DNA of 63,231 bases, filler included, from Chiloscyllium plagiosum (GCF_004010195.1; 4 parts of one record of this genome joined end to end with filler, not necessarily neighbours in it), one strand, 5' to 3'. Counted from the first letter of the whole stretch, positions 38,867-50,600 are shown. A program made the numbers and translations. The notes: generated by a model from the sequence alone, not told the origin.

Positions 38867-39974
38867 ATATCAAGAGGGATTGTCAATGTATCTGTCTGAT
38901 TGTTAAGGTTCAGGAAGAAGCTGAAAGATCAAGCTGATGTTTGCCATCTTTTCTTCCTAGGAGCTATGTATTAGATGCTTATTTAGATAGAAATAGTCTG
39001 CCTACTGCCAATTTCCTGCTTTTCCCCCATGTTGTTGCAATGATGCTCATTTGAAGAGCTGGTGCCAACACAATGGGCCAAATGGCCCCTGTCGGCACCT
39101 TCTGCAATTCTTCTGTGGTGCTGCATTGTTTTGATTTTTAGTGGATGGGGGTAAAAAAGTTCACGTGAGGAAGGCAAGACTGCTACAGTTTCAGTAGGTT
39201 CCACAGCTCAGATTTATGTGATTCTTGGGAGGCAGACACACCCACTATTCAAACTTTCAGGCCACCCTCATTGCCTTGTTTTCTTTGAGCTCATTCCATA
39301 TTAGAGTTGCAGAGATAAGAGGCAAGTATTAATACCATCACATAACAATCAATTAAAAAGAAAACACATCAAAGTTGCTTCTTGGCTCCTAGATTTATAT
39401 CACTTTATCTGGTATGTCTAGTTTTTCAGTTTTTTCAGTTAGTTTTTCAGTGATCTGATTCTAATAGCACAATACTGATCTATCTAACTCTGCTCTTCAA
39501 CACCACTGCCTTTAATTTGCCTTTGTATTCAGATCACTGAATACTCTGGGACAATCTTTTAACAAAAAGAATGTTCAAAAAGATCAGTGTCCAGAGGATA
39601 TTTGCCTGACAACAAAGAACAGAATCCCCTGAGCCCAGTTTGTTAAGAGACAAAGGTAAATGGGGAAGCTTGATTGCACAGGAAGCCAAACTTCCCAATG
39701 ATGGCTTCAAGTTTTGGTCTGTTGGCAGAAGGCTTCAAGCTGATTACCCTTCCTAATGGTCGTTGTCAGAAAGCTCTTTACATTCATCAGCATGAACGCT
39801 CACTAAAAGCCCAGGCCGCCAATATAATGTTGATAGCTGTAATCTTCTGAGGAATGAGCAAGGTAGGCATGCCTTCAAAATCCGGACAGTTTGTATGAGC
39901 TGTACATTTGGTGAGGTTTATTTCTTCCTGGCACTGAGTACATGCTCTTTTATACATTCTTGAAAAAAAAGTCA

Positions 39975-40308
39975 CTCATCAGACATGAATATCACTGGCT
40001 GGGCCAGCATTAATTATCTGTTCCTAGCCACCCTTGAGAAGGTGGTGGTGAGCTGCCTTCTTAAACCTCTGCAGTCCACCTGCTTCAGGGAGCAAATTCC
40101 AGGATTTTGACTCTGCAATACTTGAAGGAACAGTGCTATATTCCAAGTCAGGATGGTGAATGGCTTGAAGGGGAACTTGCAAGTGTTGGTGTTCCCATGT
40201 ATCTGCTGCCCTTGTCCTTCTCAATGGAAGTGGTCATGGGTTTGGAAGGTGCTATCTGAGGAGACTTGGTGAACCTCTGCATGCATCTTGCAGATAGTAC
40301 ACACTGGG
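39975..40308 (-). mobile_element. CR1-superfamily LINE (family B) 3' end
   Basis: cccttgagaaggtggtggtgagctgccttctt; reads LQRFKKAAHHHLLKG. Confidence 0.8.
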
Positions 40309-40523
40309 TGAGTGACTTTTTTTTCAAGAATGTTGTTGTATGGTGTTGGGAGACTGGCTCACATCAGGAATATTGTGCATGGCAGGAAGGGGGCACAAAT
40401 ATACACTTTAACAGTGCAGCTAAACGTGGTTTCAGGCAGGGTAAGGACGTGCTCACCTGCGTTGACAAAGGATTCCCAGAAACAGACAGAGGTAACTGGG
40501 AAACTGAGTGAATGATTACAATG

Positions 40524-40736
40524 CTGAAAATGTGTTGCTGGAAAAGCGCAGCAGGTCAGCAGCATCCAAGGAGCAGGAGAATCGATGTTTCGGGCATGAG
40601 CCCTTGAATCCTGAAGAAGGGCTCATGCCCGAAACATCGATTCTCCTGCTCCTTGGATGCTGCCTGACCTGCTGCGCTTTTCCAGCAACACATTTTCAGC
40701 TCTGATCTCCAGCATCTGCAGTCCTCACTTTCTCCC
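40524..40736. mobile_element. Palindromic mini-PLE
   Basis: 15-bp TSD tgaatgattacaatg (40509-40523, 40737-40751) and near-perfect inverted arms of about 80 bp. Confidence 0.9.
40606..40643 (+). ncRNA. Minimal type I hammerhead ribozyme motif
   Basis: gaauc-CUGAAGA-a-gggc-ucau-gccc-GAAA-c-AUC-gauuc: 5-bp stem I, 4-bp stem II, NUH triplet. Confidence 0.65.
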
Positions 40737-41600
40737 TGAATGATTACAATGACAAGGGTGAGGTGGACAAGCAAGGGAGACAGTTGAATGTTAACTTGAG
40801 GGAAATGACATGGGTTTGTGAGGTGACAGAACAGTTCAATTGGAAAAGGAGAGGTATCAGGACCAAACTGGTCATGGGGAGCTCAAGGGCATGATCTCAG
40901 GGGAAAGGACATGTAGGTCTAAGGAAACGGAGAGCTTGAAGTTTATTAGAGGGGGATGTCAAAAGAAACTATGACCATCAACAATAATGGGTGTTGTGTG
41001 TGTTAGATTAGATTAGGAGGGGGTAGGTGGGGTGTGGTGGGGTGGCGGGGGTAGGGGCTGGTATACAATATCTGTAGGATACAGAGTGATGATTGAAGGT
41101 GAAGAAATCAACAAGAAAATGAATGAGTTCCATTGCATCTCATGCAGGCTCACTGTGCAGCCCACCACTGCACTGGAGAAACTATGCAAGAATCTTCACC
41201 GTCCAGGGCAGCTCCCTCTGAGTGGGAATACAGGTGCTGAATGTGATAGTAATTCCAGTTTGCAGGGCTCGGCTGAAGGGGAGAAGGAAGGCTACCAAGA
41301 GGCAGATTGAGCAGGTTTGTGTTGTGCAGAGTGCAGTGTAATGCTCAAGGCTCCAGACTCCTTGCACATCTTTGCATGAGGGCAAGTGACAGTGGTAGTG
41401 GTGAGGGTGGGGGTCATGCTGTGTGGACCACAAAGTGAGTGAAAAACAGACTAAGATATAAACAGCCTGATGAGGGGCCAAACATTAGGGAGACCAGGGA
41501 AGATCGCAAAAGGAAATCAATTATACCTTTACTGCTATTTGTTTCCAATGGTCCTTTAACTGCACTTTTGTCACTGGGCTTGGTGTATCATCCTACCAGA

Positions 41601-41995
41601 TTCCTGAACACAGGGGAATTTCACTCCCTCAAGGTCAGCTCCTTTCTGACTACAGGCAACAAACCCTGCAGGTGCGTACTCACTCACCAGGGAATTGTTA
41701 TGATGCTTATGTTCTACATGACTCCCAGATTCCTCTCATATTCACTCCTCCCCGTCACCTCCAGGCCTGGCTTCAGAAATGACAAAGGACAGCCCCTGAA
41801 GCTGTCATTAATGAGTACAATTCGGGATCTCTGAACTGATGCTGATCAGTGACAGAATGCTGCCCATGCACCAACAAGGGTGATCAAAGAGCAGACAATT
41901 GGTCTTCTTAAGATAAGCTCCACTGACAGCGCACTTGAATTCCCACCTGACCGTGTCTCCAGGATTGGGATTTTTGTTGCTCACTTCACAACTCA
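41601..41995 (+). pseudogene. PIF/Harbinger transposase (HARBI1-like DDE) remnant
   Basis: Across frameshifts: FLNTGEFHSLKVQLLSDYRQQTLQV...PGNCYDAYVLHDSQIP...AWL..DKGQPL...NAAHAPTRVIKEQTIGLLK. Confidence 0.85.
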
Positions 41996-42589
41996 GCAGA
42001 ACCATAGTGCAAGAGCTCACCAAGGGGGCAGATGGATGAACTAAATGTCTCTAAGTGGGGCAACTTTCTGCCTGGCTTCATGCTGTCCTGACCTGAGGGT
42101 TTTGGGAGTGCTGTTGTGGATGTAGTGGTATGGAGAAGGGGAAAGTGTCAAACAAACACAGCTGTCCAATGCTCCATGCTTGCAGAAAACAAAGTACTGT
42201 TCTGGTCCCCTTTAAATATGGCATCCAAAGTTTCAACCCCGGTAGGTCCCAGTTAGAACTTCTTATTCACCTGCCCCATGAGATTCACTGTCCTACTCAT
42301 GCATGCACACGTAATGAGCTGGGATGTGGGTAATCACATGAGCAAACCTGCCCCACTCACGATGCCTGATGCCAGATATAGATGGTATAATGGGACATCC
42401 AGCCCTGTGTGTCTGGAGATTGCAGCCCCTGATGCCCATGGAAGCACAGGCTGCAATCCCGTTGACAGTAGGAGATTTAATAGACTTTCATAGTGAATTG
42501 TCAGTACATTGGACTAGTGTGGAACAGTCCTAGGATGGGGGTGCTGCGTCCTCTGCACTGGCTTGCAGCAATTTGGCAGAGATTTTCTG

Positions 42590-42882
42590 AACCAGGGGTC
42601 ATAGTTTAAGGATAACTTTCAGGAATGAGATGTGGAGGAATTTCTTCACCCAGAGACTAGTGGGTCTACGGAATTCATTGCCACAGGAAGTGATTGAAGC
42701 CAAAACATTGTGTTTTCAAGAAGGCGTTAGATACAGCTCTTGGCATCAAGGGATATGAGGTGGGGGGGGTAGGACGGACTTAGGGCATTAGGCTGGATGA
42801 TCGATCATGATCATATTAAATTACAGAACCGGTTCATGGGGTTGAATGGTGTAGTCCTTCTCCAATCTTCTATGTTTCTATG
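42590..42882 (+). mobile_element. CR1 LINE 3' end
   Basis: gagatgtggaggaatttcttcacccagagactagtg...ttctatgtttctatg. Confidence 0.8.
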
Positions 42883-44249
42883 TTATGCTGCTCTCTGTGT
42901 GTTACAGTCATTCAGAGTTTTCAGCTTCTGATGGTTGCTGCTCTGTGGACAGCCCAGGGTCCAGGCTGGTGGCTGGTGATGGCCATAATGAAAACATCAC
43001 GTGCAAGATATGGTGCCTCACCCCTCAGAGCCACCATACATGGTGAGAGCAGACAGTCCACAAAGCTGTCTAGAAAATCCAAGGTGGACAAGCAGGAGAT
43101 TGCAAGACCACAAAAAGACAGGCAGCATCAGCTTGCTCTGTTCTTCCAGCCTCCTGCTTGTCTACCTTAGATTCCAGCATCGGCCGTTTTTTATCTCTAG
43201 CCTAGAAAATACAGCCAAAGTATGTGCTTTGAAGGTGAACATTGCCTCAGATAGTTAGGATGGGAATGGGCCAATATTCTCCAGTAGCTATCATCCACTT
43301 CACATCAAGTGGCTGACTCTCAGGCTTCCTCCACCCAGTCTTGGTGATCCCACATCATCCAGGAAATGTATTCAGCTAATGACTTTTCCATATAGATAAT
43401 AACATCACTGTGTCAATCAGGATATTTCCCATGTAGGTTCAAAATAAACAGCCAACACTATCATCCTCTCAACTTTGATGATGTGAAGGAGATTGCCAAC
43501 TTATCATGAACTCCTCTCCAGCCTCAAATAATTTCTATGCAGCTTGGTCAAATAAGTTGATTCATCTATTTTTGAGACAATATGATCTTCAATGACCGCA
43601 GACTAAGCTTGTTTTCCCAGGGTTTTCAATAATAATCACTCCAGGTTAATATTATACACAACTGTATTTCTCAAGAGTGTTATCAAAAGAGGAAGGGGCC
43701 AGTTTCCAACAGTGAATGATACTCTTGGCCATCCTACAGAAAGACCAAAAACATAACATCCTCCATGATATGATGTTCCCACTGGTGCAGTGTAACTCAG
43801 AGGTAAATGTCACTCAGCATGGGCAGACTTAGAAAGCTTGGCCTCATCTTCTGGCTTCCAAACAGGAAGAAGCAGACATTTTACCCTGGAGATTAATGCC
43901 TTAGGGCAGCCAAGCCTCAAAACTAACAGCACAGCAAAACTAACCTCGATAAGAAGCTAACTGTCACAAAGCTGCTGTTTGAGAGAAGATGGAACAATGA
44001 CTATTGAAAGCCAGTACTCGAGCGGCCACAGTAAAGTGACACCAACGTAAAGACAGCAGCAGAGTTACACTGGGGATAGACAGACGAAAGCAAGCAGATG
44101 TACTGTAAGACAATGACATTTATATATACGTGAGAGTTGATGTGCAGTGCAGCATCACCTGTGCCACTATGTTGCTCTCAATAAGTCTCCCTGGTTCTGC
44201 AGCTAGCGGCGAGGGAAACTGCTCGGAGTTGGTTGACTCTGGAGGTCAT

Positions 44250-45769
44250 CCGGGGCCATTCATATTTGGAAGGCCCGGATGGGTCAAGAGTCTTCTTGCT
44301 AGAGTTAATTTGGCTTCAATTTCCGAGGGTCAGAGGAGTTAGGTTAACTGGAGGTAGAGGGCCGGGCTACTTCTAGAGTGTCCTGAGAGGAGATTTCGGA
44401 GGGTCATGTGTATGGTTCCCTCTCGTTTGGCTGTGTGTCTCCTGGCACTGTCTCCTTGTGAGGAGAGTCTAGTGAGAAGTTGTAGTACTTTCCAGGTTCC
44501 ATGCCCACGTCCCTTCCACCCCAGTCACCTTGCCTTTGGTCCTGCGGTTCAGTGAGTGGCGCACTGGAGTGAACGTGTGCGAGCCTCTCCGGCAGAGCCT
44601 GAGGATGCTGGGCCTGGGTCTCCATGGTAACTGCCACCCCATCCATGGAAACAGACAGTCACTTGACTCACCACACACCTGCAGCTTCTGGGCAATGAGG
44701 ACAATTGTGTCCCAGACAGCTGTCTGACTCTGCTGCTTCTCCCTGTAAACGTGGGCAAAGTCCCGGATTACTGACACCACAGAGCCCTCTCCTGCCTGGG
44801 GCTGAGCATGAGCCTGGTCACCGACAGGCCTCTGCGGGCCAGCGGCCTGGAGTGTTTCTTCCACAGCCAGCTGCAGAGCTGTCACAGTGAGGTGCTCACC
44901 AGCTTGTGCTCCCACACTCTCTCAGGTTAACGTTCCCATCAAGGTGTCTGTATCTGAGCTGCTGGGAGGTGCAGGAGGCAACCTTGCCAAGGCTTTCTGT
45001 AACCCCTCGGTACTCTCACCCTCAGAGGTTAAGGAGGTAGTTTCTGGTAGAGCCAGCCATTTCTCCTCAGTGATGGTGGACATCCCACTGGTGCCTGTAC
45101 GGCAAAGGAGAAAGAAAGAATCACAGCCACTGGTTGTAAATGATGAACAATGAATGACACTTACAGCAGGGTAGCTGTGAGATTTGCAGGTGAGTAAAGA
45201 ATGGTACTTACTTAGCTGGTGGCATTCATGTAAGCACAGTTCCAATCTTCTTCTAGGAGGGCCGGGATTCTCTCCTCAGAGAGGCTGAGGAGTCTTCTGT
45301 CGGGTGATCCTCCACCCGTCCAGGCTCATTCTGCCATCTTGTGGGCCGAATTCTCCTGCAATGAGAGAAAGGGTGGGATTGAGCCAGCTGAAAATGGATG
45401 TTTATGTTGGTTCAAATGGAGAAAAAGTGGCTTGGGAGGTTGTGATGAAATTAGAGCGAGTGAGGGGCAGTGTGACAGGCAATAGTGAGCTTGGCAGGCC
45501 ATGAGCCTTGGTTGGAGGTGGATGCAGTAACAGAGCTAGAGCAACGGTGAAGTAGCAGAGAGAAGAGTGTGACATTTTATCTCAGTGGAGCAGAAAAGGG
45601 CATTGACATTCTTACGTTCCTGCTGACCATTCCTCTGGACTGTGGAAACAGCACTGACCTGCATGGCGATCTCAGAGCAAGTGACACCCCTCCTTTGCAC
45701 CCTTCCATCCACCAGGACTTCCAGAACCCTGTTGGAAAAATGCAGTGTCATTTCCCCCTTCTCTAACGT
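44250..45769 (-). pseudogene. Harbinger Myb/SANT-like accessory gene remnant, three exons (about 45769-45581, 45355-45212, 45094-44250)
   Basis: Exon 1 LHFSNRVLEVLVDG..QRR..EIAMQVSAVSTVQRNGQQERKNVNAL. Exon 2 after ctttctctcattgcag: ENSAHKMAE*AWTGGGSPD..LSLSEERI, donor gtaagt. Exon 3 after ctttctcctttgccgtacag. Confidence 0.75.
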
Positions 45770-46007
45770 GCTTGGAATCTGTCCATCAATGAGCAGGGCA
45801 TCTTCAGAATGCCAGTGCTCATCTGAGTACACAACAGCCATTTAAAAATGGCGCAGGTGCTGAGAATGATAGTGTTTCAACCAATATCCAGTGATTAATC
45901 AGATGTGAAACGCTTTGGAAAATTCTGAAAGTCTGATGAGAGACAGGACATACTGCTACTGCTAAGTTTCCTTCAATTCTGGATCTAAGTCATGAAGAGA
46001 GAACGGG

Positions 46008-46179
46008 GCGAAAGTGATGACTGCAGATACTGGAGATCTGAGTCTAGATTAGAGTGGCGCTGGAAAAGCACAGCAGGTCAGGCAGCATCCGAAGAGCAGG
46101 AAATTGATGTCGATTTTCCCTGCTCCTCGGATGCTGCCCGACCTGCTGTGCTTTTGCAGCACCACTCTAATCTAGACTC
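46008..46179. mobile_element. Palindromic mini-PLE lacking the hammerhead core
   Basis: 15-bp TSD tgaagagagaacggg (45993-46007, 46180-46194). Inverted arms meet just short of the ribozyme motif. Confidence 0.88.
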
Positions 46180-46299
46180 TGAAGAGAGAACGGGCCTATT
46201 TTCGTGGATATTTCACTTCCAAACTTCTAATTTACATTTTAGAATTGACTTTCAAATCGAACAAAAGCTAGAAATCTGCAATCCATACAATGTACCATG

Positions 46300-47770
46300 C
46301 ACTGGGCCGTAGTTATTTTCCTCTCTGGAGATACTTTCTGTAGGGAGCTCATCATGCAGGCAACGGCGGTGACAGTGGTGGCTGTGGCTCAGAGTGGGAA
46401 CGTTCATGGTCGGCTGTGAGGCAATTGGTGTGCCTGGTAGAACTCTGGCAGTCAATGGCATTGTTGAAGCAGCTGGGGGCCTGGAGGGGCACCAGAGTGG
46501 GACTCTGGCAACCTATGGCAAGGTGACTGGTAAGTGTGGATAGCAGTCAGCAATGAGGTGGCAGATGGTCTGGAGATCAAGGGATCAAGCCCAGAGCAGG
46601 TGAGAGATTGAGCCCAGCGCAGGAGAGAAACTGAACCCAGTGTGGGACAGAAATTGAGCCCAGCGCGGGAGAGAGATTGGGTCCAATGCAGGAGAGGGAT
46701 CAGGCCCAGAGCGGGAGAGAGATCGAGTCAAAAAGTGTGGCACCCAGTGAAGGAGAGAGATCAGGCCCAGTGTGGGAGAGAGATTGGGCCCAGTATGGGA
46801 GAGAGATTGGGCTCATTGCAGAAGAGAGATTGAGCCCAGGGTGGGAGAGAGTTTGGGCCCAGTGCGGGAGAGAGATTAGGCCCAGTGTAGGAGAGAGTTT
46901 AGGCCCAATGCAGGAGAGAGATTGAGCCCAGGGTGGGAGAGAGTTTAGGCCCAGTGGGGGAGAGAGATTGGGCCCAGTGTGGGAGAGAGTTTAGGCCCAA
47001 TGCAGGAGAGAGATTGGGCCCAGGGTGGGTGAGAGATCAAGCCCAGAGCAGGAGAGAGATTGGGCCCAGTGTGGGAGAGAGATTGGGCTCATTGCAGAAG
47101 AGAGATTGAGCCCAGGGTGGGAGAGAGTTTGGGCCCAGTGCGGGAGAGAGATTGGGCCTAGTGTGGGAGAGAGATCAAGCCCAGCAGGGGACAGAAATTG
47201 GGCTCAGCACAGGAGAGAAATTGGGTCCAGCGCAGGAGAGAAATTGGGCCCAGTGCGGGAGTGAGACCGAGCCCAGAGTGGAAGAGGGATCAGGCCCAGA
47301 GCCAGAGGGAGATTGAGCCCAGTGCAGGAGGGAAATTGGGCCCAGCGCGGGATAGAGATTGAGTCCATCATGGCAGAGAGATTGGGCCCAGACCGAGTGA
47401 GAGATCAGGCCCAGAGCCGGAGAGAGATTGGGCCCAGTGCAGGATAGAGATTGGGCCCAGCATGGCAGCGAGATTAGGCCCAGATCAAGTGATACAGCGG
47501 GAAATTAAATCGAGCCCAGAGCAGGAGAAGGATCAAGCCCACTGCAGGGGAGAGATTGAGCACTTTTGGGGAAAGCCCAATGTGGAGTGACTGAAGGCCC
47601 TTGAAGGACTATAACATTGAACTTTTCATTTATTTATTTTCTACTTTATACTAAGATTTTGAACCTAGGTACCTGGAATAGTACTGTGAATGGAGACGTT
47701 GTAAACTTTTCACTGTGCTCCTGTATCTTGTACTTGAGTACACATGACAACGAAACCTAATTCTAATTCT
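46300..47770 (+). mobile_element. Putative non-autonomous retroposon containing a VNTR and a LINE-like (Rex/Babar-type) 3' tail
   Basis: G-rich 5' part, 23-bp VNTR, then ttttcactgtgctcc...gagtacacatgacaacgaaacctaattctaattct. The 5' boundary is uncertain. Confidence 0.5.
46580..47562 (+). repeat. 23-bp minisatellite, consensus about GGAGAGAGATTGGGCCCAGTGYG, roughly 42 units
   Basis: Directly visible tandem array. The variant block gctcattgcagaag recurs at 46811 and 47087, 276 bp apart (12 units). Confidence 0.95.
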
Positions 47771-47995
47771 TATAAAAAGACAACCTAAATTTTCAACAGT
47801 CTGCAACCACTAGCAGTTTAAGGAAGAGCTAGTCCTGTACCAAGTTGTAACATTGGAACTTTTTGACAAAAAAAAGGACCAAAGGTACATGAAGTTCATG
47901 TCGACCATCCTAACAGTCACATGAAATATCGATAATGTAGGTTTTGATGAGTCCAAGCAATCCATTTCTATCAATTGATTTACATCAGCTCCAGT

Positions 47996-48279
47996 GGGCG
48001 GCACGGTGGCACAGTGGTTAGCACTGCTGCCTCACAGCGCCAGAGCCGAAACGTCGAATCTCCTGTTCCCTGGATGCTGCCTAACCTGCTGTGCTGTTCC
48101 AGCAATAAAGTTTCAACTTCCTCCTATAGTCCAATTGAATTGGCCATGCTAAATTGCCTGTAGTGTTAGGTGAAGGGGTAAATGTAGGGGAATGGGTCTG
48201 GGTGGGTTGCTCTTCGAAGGGTCGGTGTGGACTTGTTAGGCCAAAGGGGCTCTGTCCACACTGTAAGTAATCTAATCTA
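47996..48279 (+). mobile_element. HE1-like SINE with its middle replaced by a PLE tail fragment (about 48045-48120)
   Basis: tRNA head, then gccgaaacgtcgaatctcctgttccctggatgctgcc, then the HE1 3' half. Confidence 0.85.
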
Positions 48280-48869
48280 AAAATAATGAGGGATACATTG
48301 TTGAAAGTTAACCCTTTCCATGTGAGCGTGCTGCAAATACAACACACCTTGTCTCCAGTTACCTCTGCTGCATCCCAACATGTTAGTTTGAAAAATAAAC
48401 CTTAATTTTCACTTATAGGGATCAATGTTAACAGTTTCCATAATCTTCCAAAGGAGTCTGTAATCTGCACACAAGTGGCAGCACACCCTGAAGTAGCTTT
48501 TTGTGCACTTTGTCTCAGTGTTAATTGTTCCCTGGGCAGTGTGTGGAATGTATCATGAGAGTGTCAGGATAATGCATCAAAACCAGATCTCATCCAGCAT
48601 TTCTTCTTTCAAATTAATAGCAGACATAGCATATAGATTCCATTCCAAGGGGATATGCATTCCCCTTGACCCACTGGTGCCAGGTGACTGGACAGCTCTA
48701 AATGTCACAGCATGGTTCAAAACCTAAGTCCATCAAAGCAGAACCAATCAGTTTAACCTCCAGGGATAGGGAAAACATTTAGAAATTATAATTAGCGGCC
48801 ACATGAAGAGTTTCTTGTGCAAATATTCATTCACTTTAAAATTCCAGTTTGGATGTGTTAAAGGAAAAT

Positions 48870-50600
48870 TGTGTTCAACTGATTTTATTATGTTTGCTGC
48901 ATGAGCTAACAAAGAGGGTTGATGAGTGTAATGCGGTTAATGAAACATATATCGACTCCCAAAAGGCATTTGTTGAGATATCACAGACTAGCTGAAGAAA
49001 AAGCCATTCTACAGAGCTATGGGGGAAAAAATGGGAGAGAGGGACTGGATTAATGTAGAATATAGAGAACAAGAACATAGAAAAGTACAGCGCAGAACAG
49101 GCCCTTCGGCCCACGATGTTATGCTGAGGATTATTCCTAATGTAAAATATAGTAACTCAACCTACAAACCCTTCAACTCACTGCTATCATGTGCATGTCC
49201 AGCAGTCACTTAAATGTCCCAAATGACTCTGCTTTCACCACCACTGGCAACACATTCCATGCATTCACAACTCTCTGTGTAAAGAACCTAATATCTATTA
49301 TTGGAAAAATGTTGCAATCAGTCATTAAGGAAGAAGTAATAACATTTGGAAAAATCATAATCTAATCAAGCAGAGTCAAGGCTTCATGAAAGGGAAATGT
49401 CTGACTAATTTATTAGAGTTTTTCGCGAAAGTCTCAACCAGAGTGTATAGAGGGGAGCCAGTAGATGTGTTTTTGGACTTTCAGAAGGGTGTGGGACAAG
49501 GTACCTCACAAAAGGTTAGGTCAAAAGATAAGAACCTGTAAGTAGTAGTGGAGATAGTGTATTAGCATTGACAGAGAATTGGCCAATGGACAAGAAACAA
49601 CAAGTGGGGATAAGGAGTTCTTTTTCAGTTTGGCGACCCAGTGGGTTTCCACAGGGATCAGTGCTGGGACTGCACCTGTTTATAAAAAATGCTAATGACT
49701 GGAAGAAGGAAGCCAAACTTGCAGAGACACAAAAATAGGTGGAAAAGCAAGAAACAAAGTGGATACAATTAGGTTACAGAGAGACAGTGATAGGTTACGG
49801 AAGTGAGCAAAAAGATGAAAAATGGAGCTTAAGATGGGAAAGTGCAAAGTTGTTTATTTTGGAAGAGACAACAAAATAACAGAGTATTATTTAAATGAAC
49901 AGAAACTGCAGAAAACTACAACACAAAGGGAATTGTGAATCTTGTGCATAAAACATAGAGTGCTAGCACACAGGTAATCAGGAAGGCTAATGGAATGTTG
50001 GCCCTTACTTTAGGGGGTTGGAGTATAAGAGTGGGAAATCTTATGCAGTTGGAGAAGGGGCTGGTGAAAACATATCTGGAATACTGTGAGCAGTTTTGTC
50101 CTCTTATTTAAGGAAATATATCATTTCACTAGAGTCAGTTCGGAGAAGGGTCACTAGGATGATACCTGGTATGGAGCAATTATTTTATGAGCAAAGACTA
50201 AACAGGTTGGGACGCTACTCAGTGGAGTTTGAAAGAATGAGAGGTGATCTCATTGAAACATAGAGCATTCTTAAGGGGCTTGACAGAGTAAATGTTGAGA
50301 AGATATTTCTCCTCATTGGACAGTGTAGGACCAGAGGGTGTAGTCTCAGAATAAAGGGGCGCCAACTTGATGCTGAGGACTGTCTTCTCTCAGATGGTTG
50401 AGAGTCTTTGGAACTCCTTGCTGCAGAGAACTGTGGAGACAGAGTCCTTGTGTATATTTAAGGGTGAGATAGATCAATTTTGATCAGTAAGGGAATCAAG
50501 GGTTATGGGGAAAGACAGGAAAGTGGACATGAGGCATGTCAGATTAGTCATGATGGCTCAAGGAGTTGAGCAGCCTACTCCTGTTCCTATTCCTTCTGAA
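48870..50600 (+). mobile_element. Decayed CR1 ORF2 (RT to 3' tail) with a nested reverse CR1 tail (about 49065-49290)
   Basis: tttccacagggatcagtgctgggac (PQGSVLG) and gaatgagaggtgatctcattgaaacata (RMRGDLIET). Confidence 0.85.

Noticed and set aside
41601..41995. Host HARBI1 gene
   Set aside because: Frameshifts, stops and a missing N-terminus show a transposon fossil.
46580..47562. Regularly spaced repeats as a CRISPR-like array, or repetitive ORFs (46642-47264) as a protein
   Set aside because: Units are directly tandem with no unique spacers and there are no cas genes. The ORFs are by-products of a 23-bp, non-triplet repeat.
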